DNA of 64,000 bases from Lytechinus pictus (lineage: Eukaryota): contig NC_087252.1 of NCBI RefSeq assembly GCF_037042905.1, forward strand, positions 20,090,001 to 20,154,000, written 5' to 3'. The position numbers and the translations under genes were made by a program. Under the pieces are notes generated by a model. It was given only the letters and a program-made list of their open reading frames with translations. It was not told where the DNA came from and did no database searches. Below are positions 52,744-64,000 of this stretch, one piece after another; positions within the stretch are counted from its first letter, which is position 1; each line of letters starts with the position of its first letter.

Positions 52744-55700
52744 ATGGATATGGCGTTTTTGCTGTCTGGTAGTTCGTATTGGCTGCTGACGTTTGCCATT
52801 GCTCTGATGACTGCAGGGTACATGAAACGGTTTATCAGTCGTCCTCGAAATCTCCCCCCTGGGCCAACAGGTCTGCCTTTCCTCGGTGTTGCTTTGACAA
52901 TCTTCAGGTGAGAATTTAAATGCGGGTTTTGACGCTACATGACCTGGTCGAAATCAAAGTCTTAGTAAGCCCCTTTCACAAGCGCTCGCTTGATTGTTTG
53001 TGACCAGCTGGCTACGATGTAGTCAAAGCACAATCACTAACGGTCGCAAATGAACGCAGTTCCATTGTGAAAGCCCCATCAAGAAACGTCTTTACATTAA
53101 CTTTCATGTGCATTCGATGAATTTCAAATCTTGTGACTTAAGTCGGCCAATACATGTAGAGTAAAATAGACTGATGTGTTAGGCCCTGACATATACATAA
53201 AAAAGCCATAGACATCGCCATGCGATACATGGTGTAGTTGAGAGTGAGGGTGTGGTTTACACACACATAACACTTTTTTTTTATTTAATGAATCGTCTTT
53301 CATTGTTCTTTAAAGTAAAGTAAACTCGGGCAAGAGCTTTCATAACACTTGGAAGACATTTGTATTTTCTAGATCTGACCCTCTTGCACTGTTCTCATCA
53401 TGGGCTGACCGGTACGGGGATATTGTCTCGTTCAATGTCGGACCGTCTGTGTTAGTTATTTTGAACTCTTACCATGTCGTCAAAGAAGCCTTCAGGCACC
53501 CAGACCTTCAGAATCGACATCGAAGCCAATTGATGAAAGAGATATCAGGAGGAGAGGGCAACAATGGTAAACTATGATTTTTTTTTCCAGTAGGAAATAT
53601 GGTATCCTTGATCTTTACTCTCTTAATGAATATATTGCAATCACCGCCATCATGGCTGTTGTCGTCGTCATCATTACCATCCACCTCTTCAATGATAATT
53701 AACATCGTTATCATCATTATCAAATTCATCATCAAAATTAGAGAATTTTTTTATAATCGCCATCGTCATCTTACCCGTATAAATCTGATTCTGGATTTTC
53801 ATACTATTTGCGGTTGCTATGCGATAATGATACGGACTTCTCGATGTGCCTACATACACAGTGCATTCGCAAATACCAAATAGCAGTGCAAGTTGCATGT
53901 TTACTGTTCTGGCGAAGGACGTCGATAGGTCAGGCAATGTAAGCGATTTTTGGCATTTCAAGTGTCTTCCACTTCACTGACTATACTACGCTAGGAACAC
54001 TAATCAGACTATTATGACGTACATGTAATGACGTAGCGGTCCAATCACGAATCGGCTTATGTTCTGTTGCAGGTATACTGCTGTCCGATGGGGAACGCTG
54101 GAAGGAGCATCGGAATTTCGTCCATTCCGTCTTCCGAAATCTTGGCGTGGGTAAGAAGAGTTATGAAGAGATTGTTGCAAAAGAAATGCAGCAACTTGCT
54201 GATGCCATTGATGAAAAAAGAGGAACACCGTTTGACCCGAACATCTTGTTTGGTCAAGCGGTGGCCAACATCATCTGCTCTATCGTTTTCGGGACACAGT
54301 ACAAATACAGCGACAAGGATTTCAAGCGCGTAAGTCGCATTGTCTATAGTTTATGCTTCTATTAAAACCAACCCCGTACCCCAATTGATCTCGTATGCAC
54401 TTAATCATGGCCCTGGGAAGCGGGGTTGTTACATGTGTTATTCACCGCAGGTCGCATCCCCTGGAAATTTGGTAGGTATGCTAAATATAAATTTTACCAG
54501 AATTACCTTCTTTTTCTAGTGAAAACCTTTTTTCTAATATCTGTAGTTTTTTTTGCTTGTCAAATTCCAGAACCAATATGACCTCCATTTCAAAAATAAG
54601 AACAGCATACCCTGTCAATTATTTTTCTTTTTTTTTAAATGGTTTTATGCCCAATTCCTTTAGACGATATCACGCCGAACCATAGAATTTGTAATATCTT
54701 AGCAATGTGTTTCACCCTTAACGGATTCGTAAAGCGTATTCGTATTTTTTTTGTCTTCAAATTACAGATATTGGAGCTTGTAAAGAAAAACTTGGAATTA
54801 TTTGGGGCTGCCGCATGGATAATCCTCTTCCCGTTCCCAGGTATATCAAAGATCCCTTTCGGTAAGGTCAGAGACATCGTGTCCAACACAAAGGAGCTAA
54901 ACAAGTTTGTCTGGAAACTGATCGAATCTCATGAAGCGACCTTTGACCCCGATCAGCAGAAGGATTTGATCGATCAGTACCTGTATAAGATGCAACAAGC
55001 AAAGGTTGGTCAATAATTCATGCTACAGTCACATTTTCCCCTACGGCGAGTCGCAAACAGCTGTTTATTCATTTTTATTCAAACGGCTGTCTTGATTTAC
55101 CATTTTTCGACAAAGACATCTTGGTTGTGAACAAATTTTCGGCATTTCTCCTCGATGTGTTTAAGATCACATGCTCGATCTTTAATGACAATCTTAAGTC
55201 AAAAAAATTGGAACCAGTGGGATTCGAACCTGTCATCTACTGCTTGCCGGGCAGCGACTCAACCACCAGGCTATTCTGGTTCACGGCTAAGTTGCGATGA
55301 ACTGGAATACAAATACTCTCTTTCCTCTTCGAGTAGGTAGCTTGTATTCCAGTTCATCGTGACTTAGCCGTGAACCAGAATAGCCTGGTGGTTGAGTCGC
55401 TGCCCGGCAAGCAGTAGATGACAGGTTCGAATCCCACTGGTTCTAATTTTTCTGACTTATGATTTTCATTAAAGATCGAGCATGTGATCTTAAACACATA
55501 GGAGTAATGCCGACAATTTGTTCACAAATTATTATTACCTCCTATTAAAGCCTCTTTATTTATTAACATCTTGGTTGCTCTTTGTCAGGAGTGACATTTG
55601 ACAATACATTCTCTATGGTTTATAAAGCATTCGCGGTGCGAATACATATTAATGAATTCACCGAAATAAAATGCCAAAAGAAGGAAAAGGTAAATCATCG

Positions 55701-58700
55701 TGTAACATTCGAGAAGGTAGCTTGGTTTATGAGCTTTAACTAAAAACAAGAGACCCAACTAAAAAAAGGTGACTCCAACTAAAAAAAGAAGGTAATGTTC
55801 GGATAAACTTTTACTTAAGTTCGTTGAAGATATACACAAACATACACCAATAAACAGTCGCTTGATGAAGACTCGGGCACTCCCTATCAAGGCCTCAAGG
55901 ACAGGAGCACAAGCTAGTCCGAAGACTAGGGAATGAGCCCAGAGAATATTATTCCCTTCTTATTTATACTCGAAGGGGAGATGTTCACCCCTTGGGATCT
56001 ATCTGTATGGAAACTCTTCATGAGCAGACAAAGGACATGTTTGGAACATAGGAACTAGACGAAGTAATGAATAAAGGAAGATTACTCTGAGGGAATCTAC
56101 TGTATGCCACTCTTGAAGATGGGGTTTTGCTTATTTTAATGTATTGTTAACTACAGGTTTATATCACTGACTGAATCATTATATCCATGGTCTAGTGATG
56201 TATAACTTAAATATAAACATTGCAATGAATATTGTACTCTTACAATCGCTTTATAACTTTCTCAATGTAGGGAACAGATACATCATTTACTCTACGTAAC
56301 CTAGAAGCTGTAATCAAAGACCTATTTTTTGCTGGAACAGATACCACAACGAACACGCTCAATTGGTGTATCCTTTTCATGATGGTTCACCCCGATATCC
56401 AGTCACGTGTCCAGGACGAAATCGATCACGTGATTGAAAGAAACCGCCTCCCGAAGCTCGACGATCGACAGAATCTCCCTTACACGAACGCTGTGTTAAT
56501 GGAGGTAAGTTTAGGATGCAAGAAGGGAAGGTCGGGAGGGTAAATTGCCAATTCATCTACTGCCAACTCGTCCACTCACCACATGGTCTACTTTCATTTA
56601 GTCTAATGCCATTCCATCCATCAACATTTCGTCTAACACCCATTTGGTCCCATTATCACTTTGTCTCATCACCATTTCGTCTCATAACCAGTTGGTCTAA
56701 TATCCATTTCATCCATTTCAACACTTTAGACCGTTAGACCAAATGTTATCTGGACTAAATGGCTATTGGACCAACTGGTTATCATTCGGAATGGCATTAG
56801 ACTAAATAAAAGTAGACCATGTGGTGAGTGGACGAACTGATGGTATACCAAATGAAAGTAGACGAGTTGGCAATTGGACACATTGATATTAGACGAAATG
56901 GAAATAAACCATCAGGGGGGGGGGGAGGCATTCAACCTAATCAACAAAATCGATATCTCTTCCACGTTTTGACTAATTGCATTTCTTTCCGTCTTCTGTA
57001 GTAGATGTTTAAACAAAACATTACCCTTTTTAATGTATTAATTTGATTTAGCCTCAAGCATTTTACCTAAATCAAAGTATGACAATCGACTGGAGTGATT
57101 AAAACCATGACAGTGGCATTTTTGTTTATCTTCATTTTAGAATAATTTGTATCATTCCTTTTTTTTTATTCATTTATTAATTTCTGTCGTTGTTTATGTA
57201 GCTTTTTTCTATTTCCTTTCTCATTTTGGGTAGAGGGAATTCAGGAACGAAGTAACTAAACAAATGCACCCTTCTTATTCTATCATCGACATGTGTTGTT
57301 TATACTAGATTCAAAGGAAGGCTGCTGTACTTGCACTAGGCGTTCCCCACGTAGCAGCTGCTGACACACAGGTGGCGGGCTTCACAATTCCCAAGGGCGC
57401 CACCATTGTTTCGAATCTGTACAATGTTTTCAATCGAGAGGACCTGTGGGAAAACGATGATTTTCGACCTGAAAGATTTCTTACTAAAGATGGAGAGTTC
57501 GTAAAACGGGATGAGTTGATATTTTTCAGCAGTGGTAAGAATTTATCAAATAAATGCTGTTAAGTTAAGTACCAAACTTTCCGTGATATGGGAACGAAAA
57601 ATAAATTTACGAAATTTAAACGCAATTTTCAGGTACCTCTGAATTTATGAAAAATACTTGAAATTATAGCGAAATCCAATGAGAAAAACGTGCATTACAT
57701 GCCTACCAATTCTGTTCACAATATGTTGCATGCGTTTTATTTGCTTCATCATTGTTGGTACACGGAATCAGCTTTTCTAAAAGGCTAACAAATTAATTCA
57801 TTGTCGTTACGTTATGTCACGTGTCATATAATTATACACATATGTAAATTATACATGGGTTATAAAACAATGGTGCCTAAACGTGACGAACACCTCTTTA
57901 ATAATATTTAATGATGTAAAACCCTTTCTTTACATGAATACTAAGAACATTTTATGATTACCATTGCCAATTAAGACATAGTGTACTAGACACAATAAAA
58001 ATATTACATGTTGGTGAAATATATTTGATTAAAATTACTAAATGATGTAATAGAAAATGTTTCCGAACGTTTTAAAAACATGTTTTGATAACATTATGTG
58101 CCAGCTGGATGTTGTTAAAAATATTTCATATTTTTGTTTAAACCCTAACAATATTTCCTAGTGATCGAATAGCGATAACATTACGAGTGTCCCTATGGAG
58201 TACATCAATGACACCAGCTTATTTTGACAGCATGTATTTATTTTAGTTCATTTCATGCTATACGATCCGTTCTAGTTTATTGTTTCATGAAATCTGTGTC
58301 TACCTGAAATTCCATAATTAATCGTAAATAATCAGATAAAACATTCTTTGATTATGGTTTTTGCTTACCTCCTACTTCCAATTTGCAATTAAACCAGATG
58401 TGTAAAAATGCATAAATATCATGAATTATTGTAATAATGTTTGCTAATTGGTTTTGAATGATCATAATGAAATATCTGGTTCCAGATGAATTTTGAAAAG
58501 CATCTATTTATAAAAAATGAAAGTTTGTCTTGGATAATATAAATAGACCCCATATTTGATAAAAATATTTTCTTTCAGGTCGTCGGATGTGTCTCGGTGA
58601 ACGGCTAGCCAAGATGGAGACATTTCTTGGTTTCACAAGTCTCCTGCAAAAATTCACCTTCGGGAAACCAAACAACTCACCACCGCTCTCTCTTGCCGGA

Positions 58701-58769
58701 GCTCTGGGAAGCACAAGGAACACCATATCGTATCTCACCTGTGCCACCCCAAGACAGCAAATTGTGTAG
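52744..58769 (+). CDS. Cytochrome P450, clan 2 (CYP2-like), complete, 7 coding exons, 500 aa
   Basis: Exons 52744-52907, 53373-53566, 54073-54329, 54768-55004, 56271-56504, 57309-57534, 58579-58769 (1503 nt, all GT-AG, phases match). N-terminal TM segment plus PPGP, WKEHR, DLFFAGTDTT (I helix), EIQR (ExxR), FRPERF, FSSGRRMCLG heme motif. Confidence 0.95.
55128..55565. mobile_element. Head-to-head inverted tRNA-headed element with 3' tail and 12-bp TSD (CYP intron 4)
   Basis: Arms of about 185 bp (55128-55312 and 55341-55526); A-box TAGCCTGGTGG and B-box GGTTCGAATCC; TSD ACATCTTGGTTG at 55116-55127 and 55566-55577. Confidence 0.8.
56540..56910. mobile_element. Palindromic MITE built of short tandem subunits (CYP intron 5)
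   Basis: cgtccactcaccacatggtctacttt...tagtctaatgccattcc, inverted at 56787-56835. Confidence 0.7.
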
Positions 58770-60349
58770 GCCGCAGCATTATCCGATAATGTTCCAGTAA
58801 ACGCACACACACACACACGCACACACCCTCACACACCCTCGCACACATCCTCATACGCACGCCCACACGCGCACACAAACACACATTTACCAACACAAAC
58901 TAAAACACAATTACACAAATATTGTAGATGGGTGACAAGTTTATCTTTAAACGCAAAAGTGAGGACTTGTGTGTAATGTCGTATTAATCACTAGGCTCCT
59001 TTGTTGGCCACTGTATACACATATCGTGTGCGTATCGTGGCGTCACAAGTCCCTTTGATTTTACTGGCAATCTTGATGACGTCAACAATTTCCTTCATTT
59101 TGATTGGCCTCTGAAAAGGAGCTTGGTTGATGACAACAATAATGCATAATGCAAAAGATGGTACGAAGAACGCCAATTCTAATAAATACTAAAAGCGAAA
59201 GAACAATGTGTTTTCCAGGTGCTAGTCGAATCTTGGATTCTGTTTTTAACATCGTGGCTTATTTTTAGAGTTAAGGAATCGAGATTGCAACTCAAATAAA
59301 TTATTGAGGTTTTGAATCGATTTAGTGATCCATTGGTCCAAGTGCTTGGCCACACTGGACTTTTTATTATTAAAGTGTGAACATGACCTGGATATCAGTA
59401 GAGCATTATTTTATTCATTACTCCGGCAATGTAAGCAAGATAAATATTGTGTATACTTGCGGAGGAATCTGGATTTGGCCTTTTAACTTATTGGTTTAAT
59501 TTGGAGTTAATAAATGAAATAAGAGTGTAACTCTTCTGATATTTTACAATAAATTTTAAATGATTGGGCGTGGCTTATTCAAAGCTGGTTTCCACGGTGA
59601 TACTACACATTACGGCATGTTTAATGCCCAATTCCGAAAAAATCTGAACATTTCCTTTAGTTTGATGTATGATTTTGCTTTGATCCAGCCGGGGGATCAA
59701 AGTTAAGAAATAAGGCACTTTTTGGCTTCTGGCCGTTCACCTATGAAGGACTATATCAATATTGCGACTGCGATGTGCGACCTGATTTTTTTTTGGTGAC
59801 CTGAAAATGAACAATTTTATGGACTCTTATCTGCTTCTATGATTATTACCCTTTTACACACTCTTTAAAATGTCAATTCTGATTTATTTTGTAATTTCTT
59901 CCCTTTTTAAAAATATTGTTGGCTGTTAGTTTTATTTCAACAACATTAGGACTATATGAATAATGCGAGTGCGATGCGCGAGCTATTATTTTTTAGAAAA
60001 AAAATTGAACTGAAAATGGACCATTTTGAGGACTCGTATCGGTTTTCATATTTATATCTCTGGTAAACACTTTTTAAGATTTCATTTCTCATTTCATTTG
60101 CATTTCCTATCTCATTTAACTTGAATAAGGAAAAATGACAAAAATTTAGTGATATCTCAAATGATGGTAAAATAAAGGAGGCACACCACATGCGATCGGC
60201 TGTGGGAAGGAGTAAATAAAAAGATAAATATATCAAGTACAAAAGCAGAATCATGAACATGTTCATGAACGTGTAATTCTATTTCATCCTGGATTTTTTT
60301 CTGTCCACGCACCTGTTTGTAGCAGTTTCAGAAAGAATACAATCTACTA

Positions 60350-63300
60350 TTATGTCATGTTTGGACGCAGTGAATCAACATACATCCACTCCATGGCTCT
60401 GTAAGGTGACATGAGCTTGCAGTAATACATTCCTGCAAGATTCACCATTGGAAAATCCTCATCTGTGTAGAGTGAAGTGGAAGTCACCTACGAAAGGAAT
60501 AAAAGCAACGAAACCAGAGAAATGAAAGAAATATTACGTAAGGACCGAAATTCAAAGATTATCGAGCGTCATGCAAAGGATCTGCTGCGTTAAATTTCAA
60601 GTAAACATCAGAAGTTGAATACACGATTGGGGAAAATTTCCTTTTATACATCCTTAAATAAAATGGTTCATATGGGGTTATATGTTCGTCCCGTATTTGG
60701 AACCATTAAATGTTCCCTAAAGGCCTGTATTCTACTATTAACAGCAACTCGAGGGGGTATAAACCACTTAATGTTCTGTGGCACATAAAGATCATTTTGG
60801 GAACCCCTTTTTCTCGAATGTTCCAAATATGGCATAAAAGGGTTCATATTCGCACCTTTTTTGTAAGAGTGAAATAAAAAAGGCTGTAATTACACTAACC
60901 TCGAGTGATCCATTTCCTTGCGTTTCATACGTCACGTAGTTGGAATAGACCCATTCGTAGAAATTAGTTGCGTTCACATCATCGCTGAAAATCATCTTAT
61001 TACCTTTTGAATCGTATCGTGATCGGACTATTTCTGGGAGGGCGTTATAAGCAGAGCGGTAGGCTTCCTTTTCACACACAAAATATGAAAAAACGGATTG
61101 TTAATAACTTAACAGGAGTTAAATTGGCATTTACTTTATAATTTTTTATAAGCTAGGTTTACCTAATATTCGCCATAAAGCAAACATGCATGTTTTTGGG
61201 GTAAAATATCACCAAATTTATTTGTATGAAAACCAGTGGCAGATACATATAGAAGCACATCCGGCGCGTACAACCCCCCCCCCCCCCTCCTTTGACAGGC
61301 ACAAAAAATAGGTTATAGTGTATAATACGCAAGTGATGACCTTTCTTTGGTAAGATTTTTCCTGTGCAAAATACCCCCCCCCCCCTTCTGGAAAATGCTC
61401 GATCCGTCCCTGGTGAAAACTCAAAAGTTATCCTCGTTATATAACTTTTAGCCATTATACAAGGTATCAAATACCTTTTTAAATAAATTTGGGGTAATTT
61501 GTTAATCAACCTTTCACGTGGAAGATGGTTGAGTGCCGGTCCGTTTATATTATCGAATCAGATGGGATGTTATTTCATTTTCTGCTGTAGCACTGGTTAA
61601 TTTCTAATTTAGATTTTTATGTTTGGATTACGAGATGTTTTTTCCCCCTGTAATTAATTCACCATTTACGAAATTTCAATAGTAGTGGTTTGAGATTGGA
61701 ATCAACATTCAAATTACTTATTGAAAAGTAAAAAATACAACCAGGCCACAGTTTCAAGAATTTGTCTCTTTATAGTCGAGCCACCATATCTTAGCGAAAA
61801 TGACCAGCTGGTTTTAAACTGCCCCAAAACTGAATGGCATAAGACGTTTCTTGTTTCAAGGCGGAAAGCTATAACATGTATAATGGAACAAGTTGACATC
61901 GTTCATCCCTCCTGACACTTCTCTTACTACCTTCAAGATAAAGCTTAGGACCACATTATCTCATCACCTATTATAATTCCCCCTTACTGCATGCCCCCCC
62001 CCCCCACCATCCTCCATCCCATTTTTTGTTATATTTGTATACACGGCAAAAACTCTGGTGTTGATTTAACACCAGCCCATAATCTACATGTATATATGTC
62101 CACACCAAAGAAGTGTTAAACAACACCAGCTTCGTTTTGGTCTAACACCAGATAGGTGTTTATATATACAACACCAATTAGTATTAAAACAGCATAGGTT
62201 TGATTCAAAACTGGTGTTGTTTCAATACTTCTCTGGTGTGGATATATATAGATTCCGGGCTGATGTTAAATCAACACCGGAGTTTTTGCAGAGTAAGATG
62301 TAATTTTGTAGTCGTACCTTACCTTGTAGGATTGATTTATGTTTTCTTTTACATATGTATTCGTTCGTACATTGTATGTTTGTATTTTTTAAATGTATCC
62401 ACTGGACCCCTCAGAAGAACAGCCTGTGGCTGAAGAGGGCCATCCAGCCCACGAGTGGAAAATAAATAAATAAAATAAATCACACATTTTAGAATCTCTT
62501 GAACTTAAATACTGACTCTTGATTGTAAAATTGGACATAAACGAACTATATCATGGTTTTAATCACATTGTAATTTCATGTCTTAATGCCATCTGTAAAA
62601 GGTTTTGCTGTTCTAAATCATTTTGTCCCACTCTCATCATGAATTCATAGTTTATATACTCAGCTGAGGGTTAACGCAAAGCAGTGACGTCATTCTGCGT
62701 GCAAGTACTATTAGAAAGGAGTTTCATCAGGGTTGAATGTACTAAGTCCAGTGGATAGGATAAATGTCTGACATTCCACATCTGCCAAGAAAAGGGTACC
62801 TCGACCGGCTCATTTTAAAAATAAATCAGCATTTAGGAAGACTACACCTGACGGGATCAAATTCATCACTTGAAAGAGTAAAATGGCCCTAATTCTTCCG
62901 CCAGTAAAAATATAGTTCCATAGTGGTGATATATCTTTCCAATTCGGAAAAAGGAAGTTTAGTAGGTACCCTCCCTAGAATCAGTGTTAGGTTGTCAGTC
63001 ATATTCATTCATTTTTGTCAATCAGCAATATCAAATTTAAAAATTAGCTCTGGGTTGGCTCGAATGAATATCTTTGACCTGCCAGTTGTAGTTAGCCCCG
63101 TGTAACCATCATTTCGGACTTACTTCATTGATCACCCGACAGGTGGCGCTGTCCCCATATCCATCTCCTTTCACAATCCGCATGATTGCCTCCTGATTTA
63201 TCATCTTCCCAGCGATCTCGTTGGCTGAGTTCATGAAGGCCGAGATGTCGACAGGGTTAAATGGAAATTCGACATTTGACGTTGTTGTTATGTTGACCAC

Positions 63301-63420
63301 TCCCTCGGCGTCTAAAACCACAGAAGGCGTAGAGTTTTCAAATGGACGTTGGTCGGTATATCCAATGTTGTAGATAGTCACTGATGTTGTAAGGTTCTTG
63401 GGGAAGGCAGCAACAAGTTC
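60350..63420 (-). CDS. Last three coding exons of an uncharacterised protein (C-terminal GMYYCKLMSPYRAMEWMYVDSLR motif); gene continues upstream, probably beyond the window
   Basis: Phase-0 exons 63420-63124, 61067-60900 and 60487-60350 (stop TAA) with canonical splice sites form an open frame. Confidence 0.8.
62042..62293. mobile_element. CAC-terminated MITE (uninterrupted copy)
   Basis: cacggcaaaaactctggtgttgatttaacaccagccc / gggctgatgttaaatcaacaccggagtttttgcagag. Confidence 0.75.
62360..62480 (+). mobile_element. LINE/SINE 3' tail with stem-loop (same family as 5240-5380)
   Basis: CCCTC AGAAGAA CAGC..GCTG AA GAGGG hairpin, then (AAAT)n. Confidence 0.6.
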
Positions 63421-63485
63421 CTGAAAAATTGAAATTCCGAAAGTTGAGACATGCTTTATATTACGATATAATTTTTTCAACAAGT

Positions 63486-64000
63486 GCACACCTAGTTCCT
63501 AAACATACAGCACACCTAGTAACTAAACATACAGCACTGATATTTTACAAGAGTTTAATACAAAGCAAATTTGATTACTGTGATATAATTTGGGGCAACT
63601 TAGGAAAGGTTTTGAGTGATAATTTACAAAGAATTCAAAATAGAACCCTCCGTTGTGTATTAGACGTGGATTGGATGTACCCATCCGAACATATATTTCA
63701 AGAATTAGAAATTAAAAGATTAATAGAAAGAAGAAATGTACGCACCTTACAAACAATGTACAAGATAATGCATGGTATGTTACCAGAGAGCGTTCGTAAA
63801 CAATTTATTTTAAGTGATTGTAACTACATGCTAAGATCATCGTCTCTAAAAATCAAATTACCCTTAGTTAAAAGCAATTATAAGAAAAGAAGTCTACAGT
63901 ACAGGGGGCCAGAAGCTGGAACGCACTACCTAATGACTTAAAAGTAACTAGTTTCAACATATTTAGATTGGACGCCAGAGTGATGTAAACTTGTTTGTTC
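63486..64000 (+). mobile_element. 5'-truncated CR1/L2-clade LINE, ORF2 C-terminal fragment (intronic, antisense to host gene)
   Basis: YKSLIQSKFDYCDIIW, LQRIQNRTLR, MYKIMHG.LP, YMLRS, YRGP: typical post-RT region; frameshift near the end; 24-bp tandem duplication at the 5' junction. Confidence 0.85.

Noticed and set aside
55372..55444. tRNA-Ala(GGC)-like gene
   Set aside because: T-stem is largely unpaired, and it lies in an inverted repeat with a TSD; pseudo-tRNA head
56540..56910. CRISPR-like short repeat array
   Set aside because: Eukaryotic intron; degenerate subunits without unique spacers; forms a palindromic MITE

Overview
AT-rich, intron-containing animal genomic DNA. The repeat landscape suggests a sea urchin or other echinoderm, but this is inference and not verifiable here. 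Four spliced protein-coding loci can be reconstructed by hand: (1) a + strand SEA / LDLa x3 / CUB-like / LDLa protein (about 1454-10509, 5' end unresolved); (2) a - strand protein with a farnesoic acid O-methyltransferase-like (FAMeT / Methyltransf_FA) domain (exons 21893-21741 and 18128-17824), possibly joined to signal-peptide exons at 40038-39996 and 36982-36806, with a dead paralogous exon near 42 kb; (3) a complete 7-exon clan-2 cytochrome P450 of 500 aa (52744-58769, +); (4) the 3' exons of an uncharacterised - strand gene (63420-60350). The rest is densely packed with nested non-autonomous DNA transposons (hAT with 8- and 5-bp TSDs, Harbinger, Mutator, Academ-like, piggyBac-like, CAC-terminated MITEs), LINE 3' ends and tRNA-derived SINEs. 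Highlights: two adjacent Penelope-like insertions in a (TA)n tract carry minimal hammerhead ribozymes, and two unrelated tRNA-headed element families show the same 'inverted 5' copy + full copy + short tail' geometry, suggesting SINE-like elements mobilised by Penelope-like machinery.
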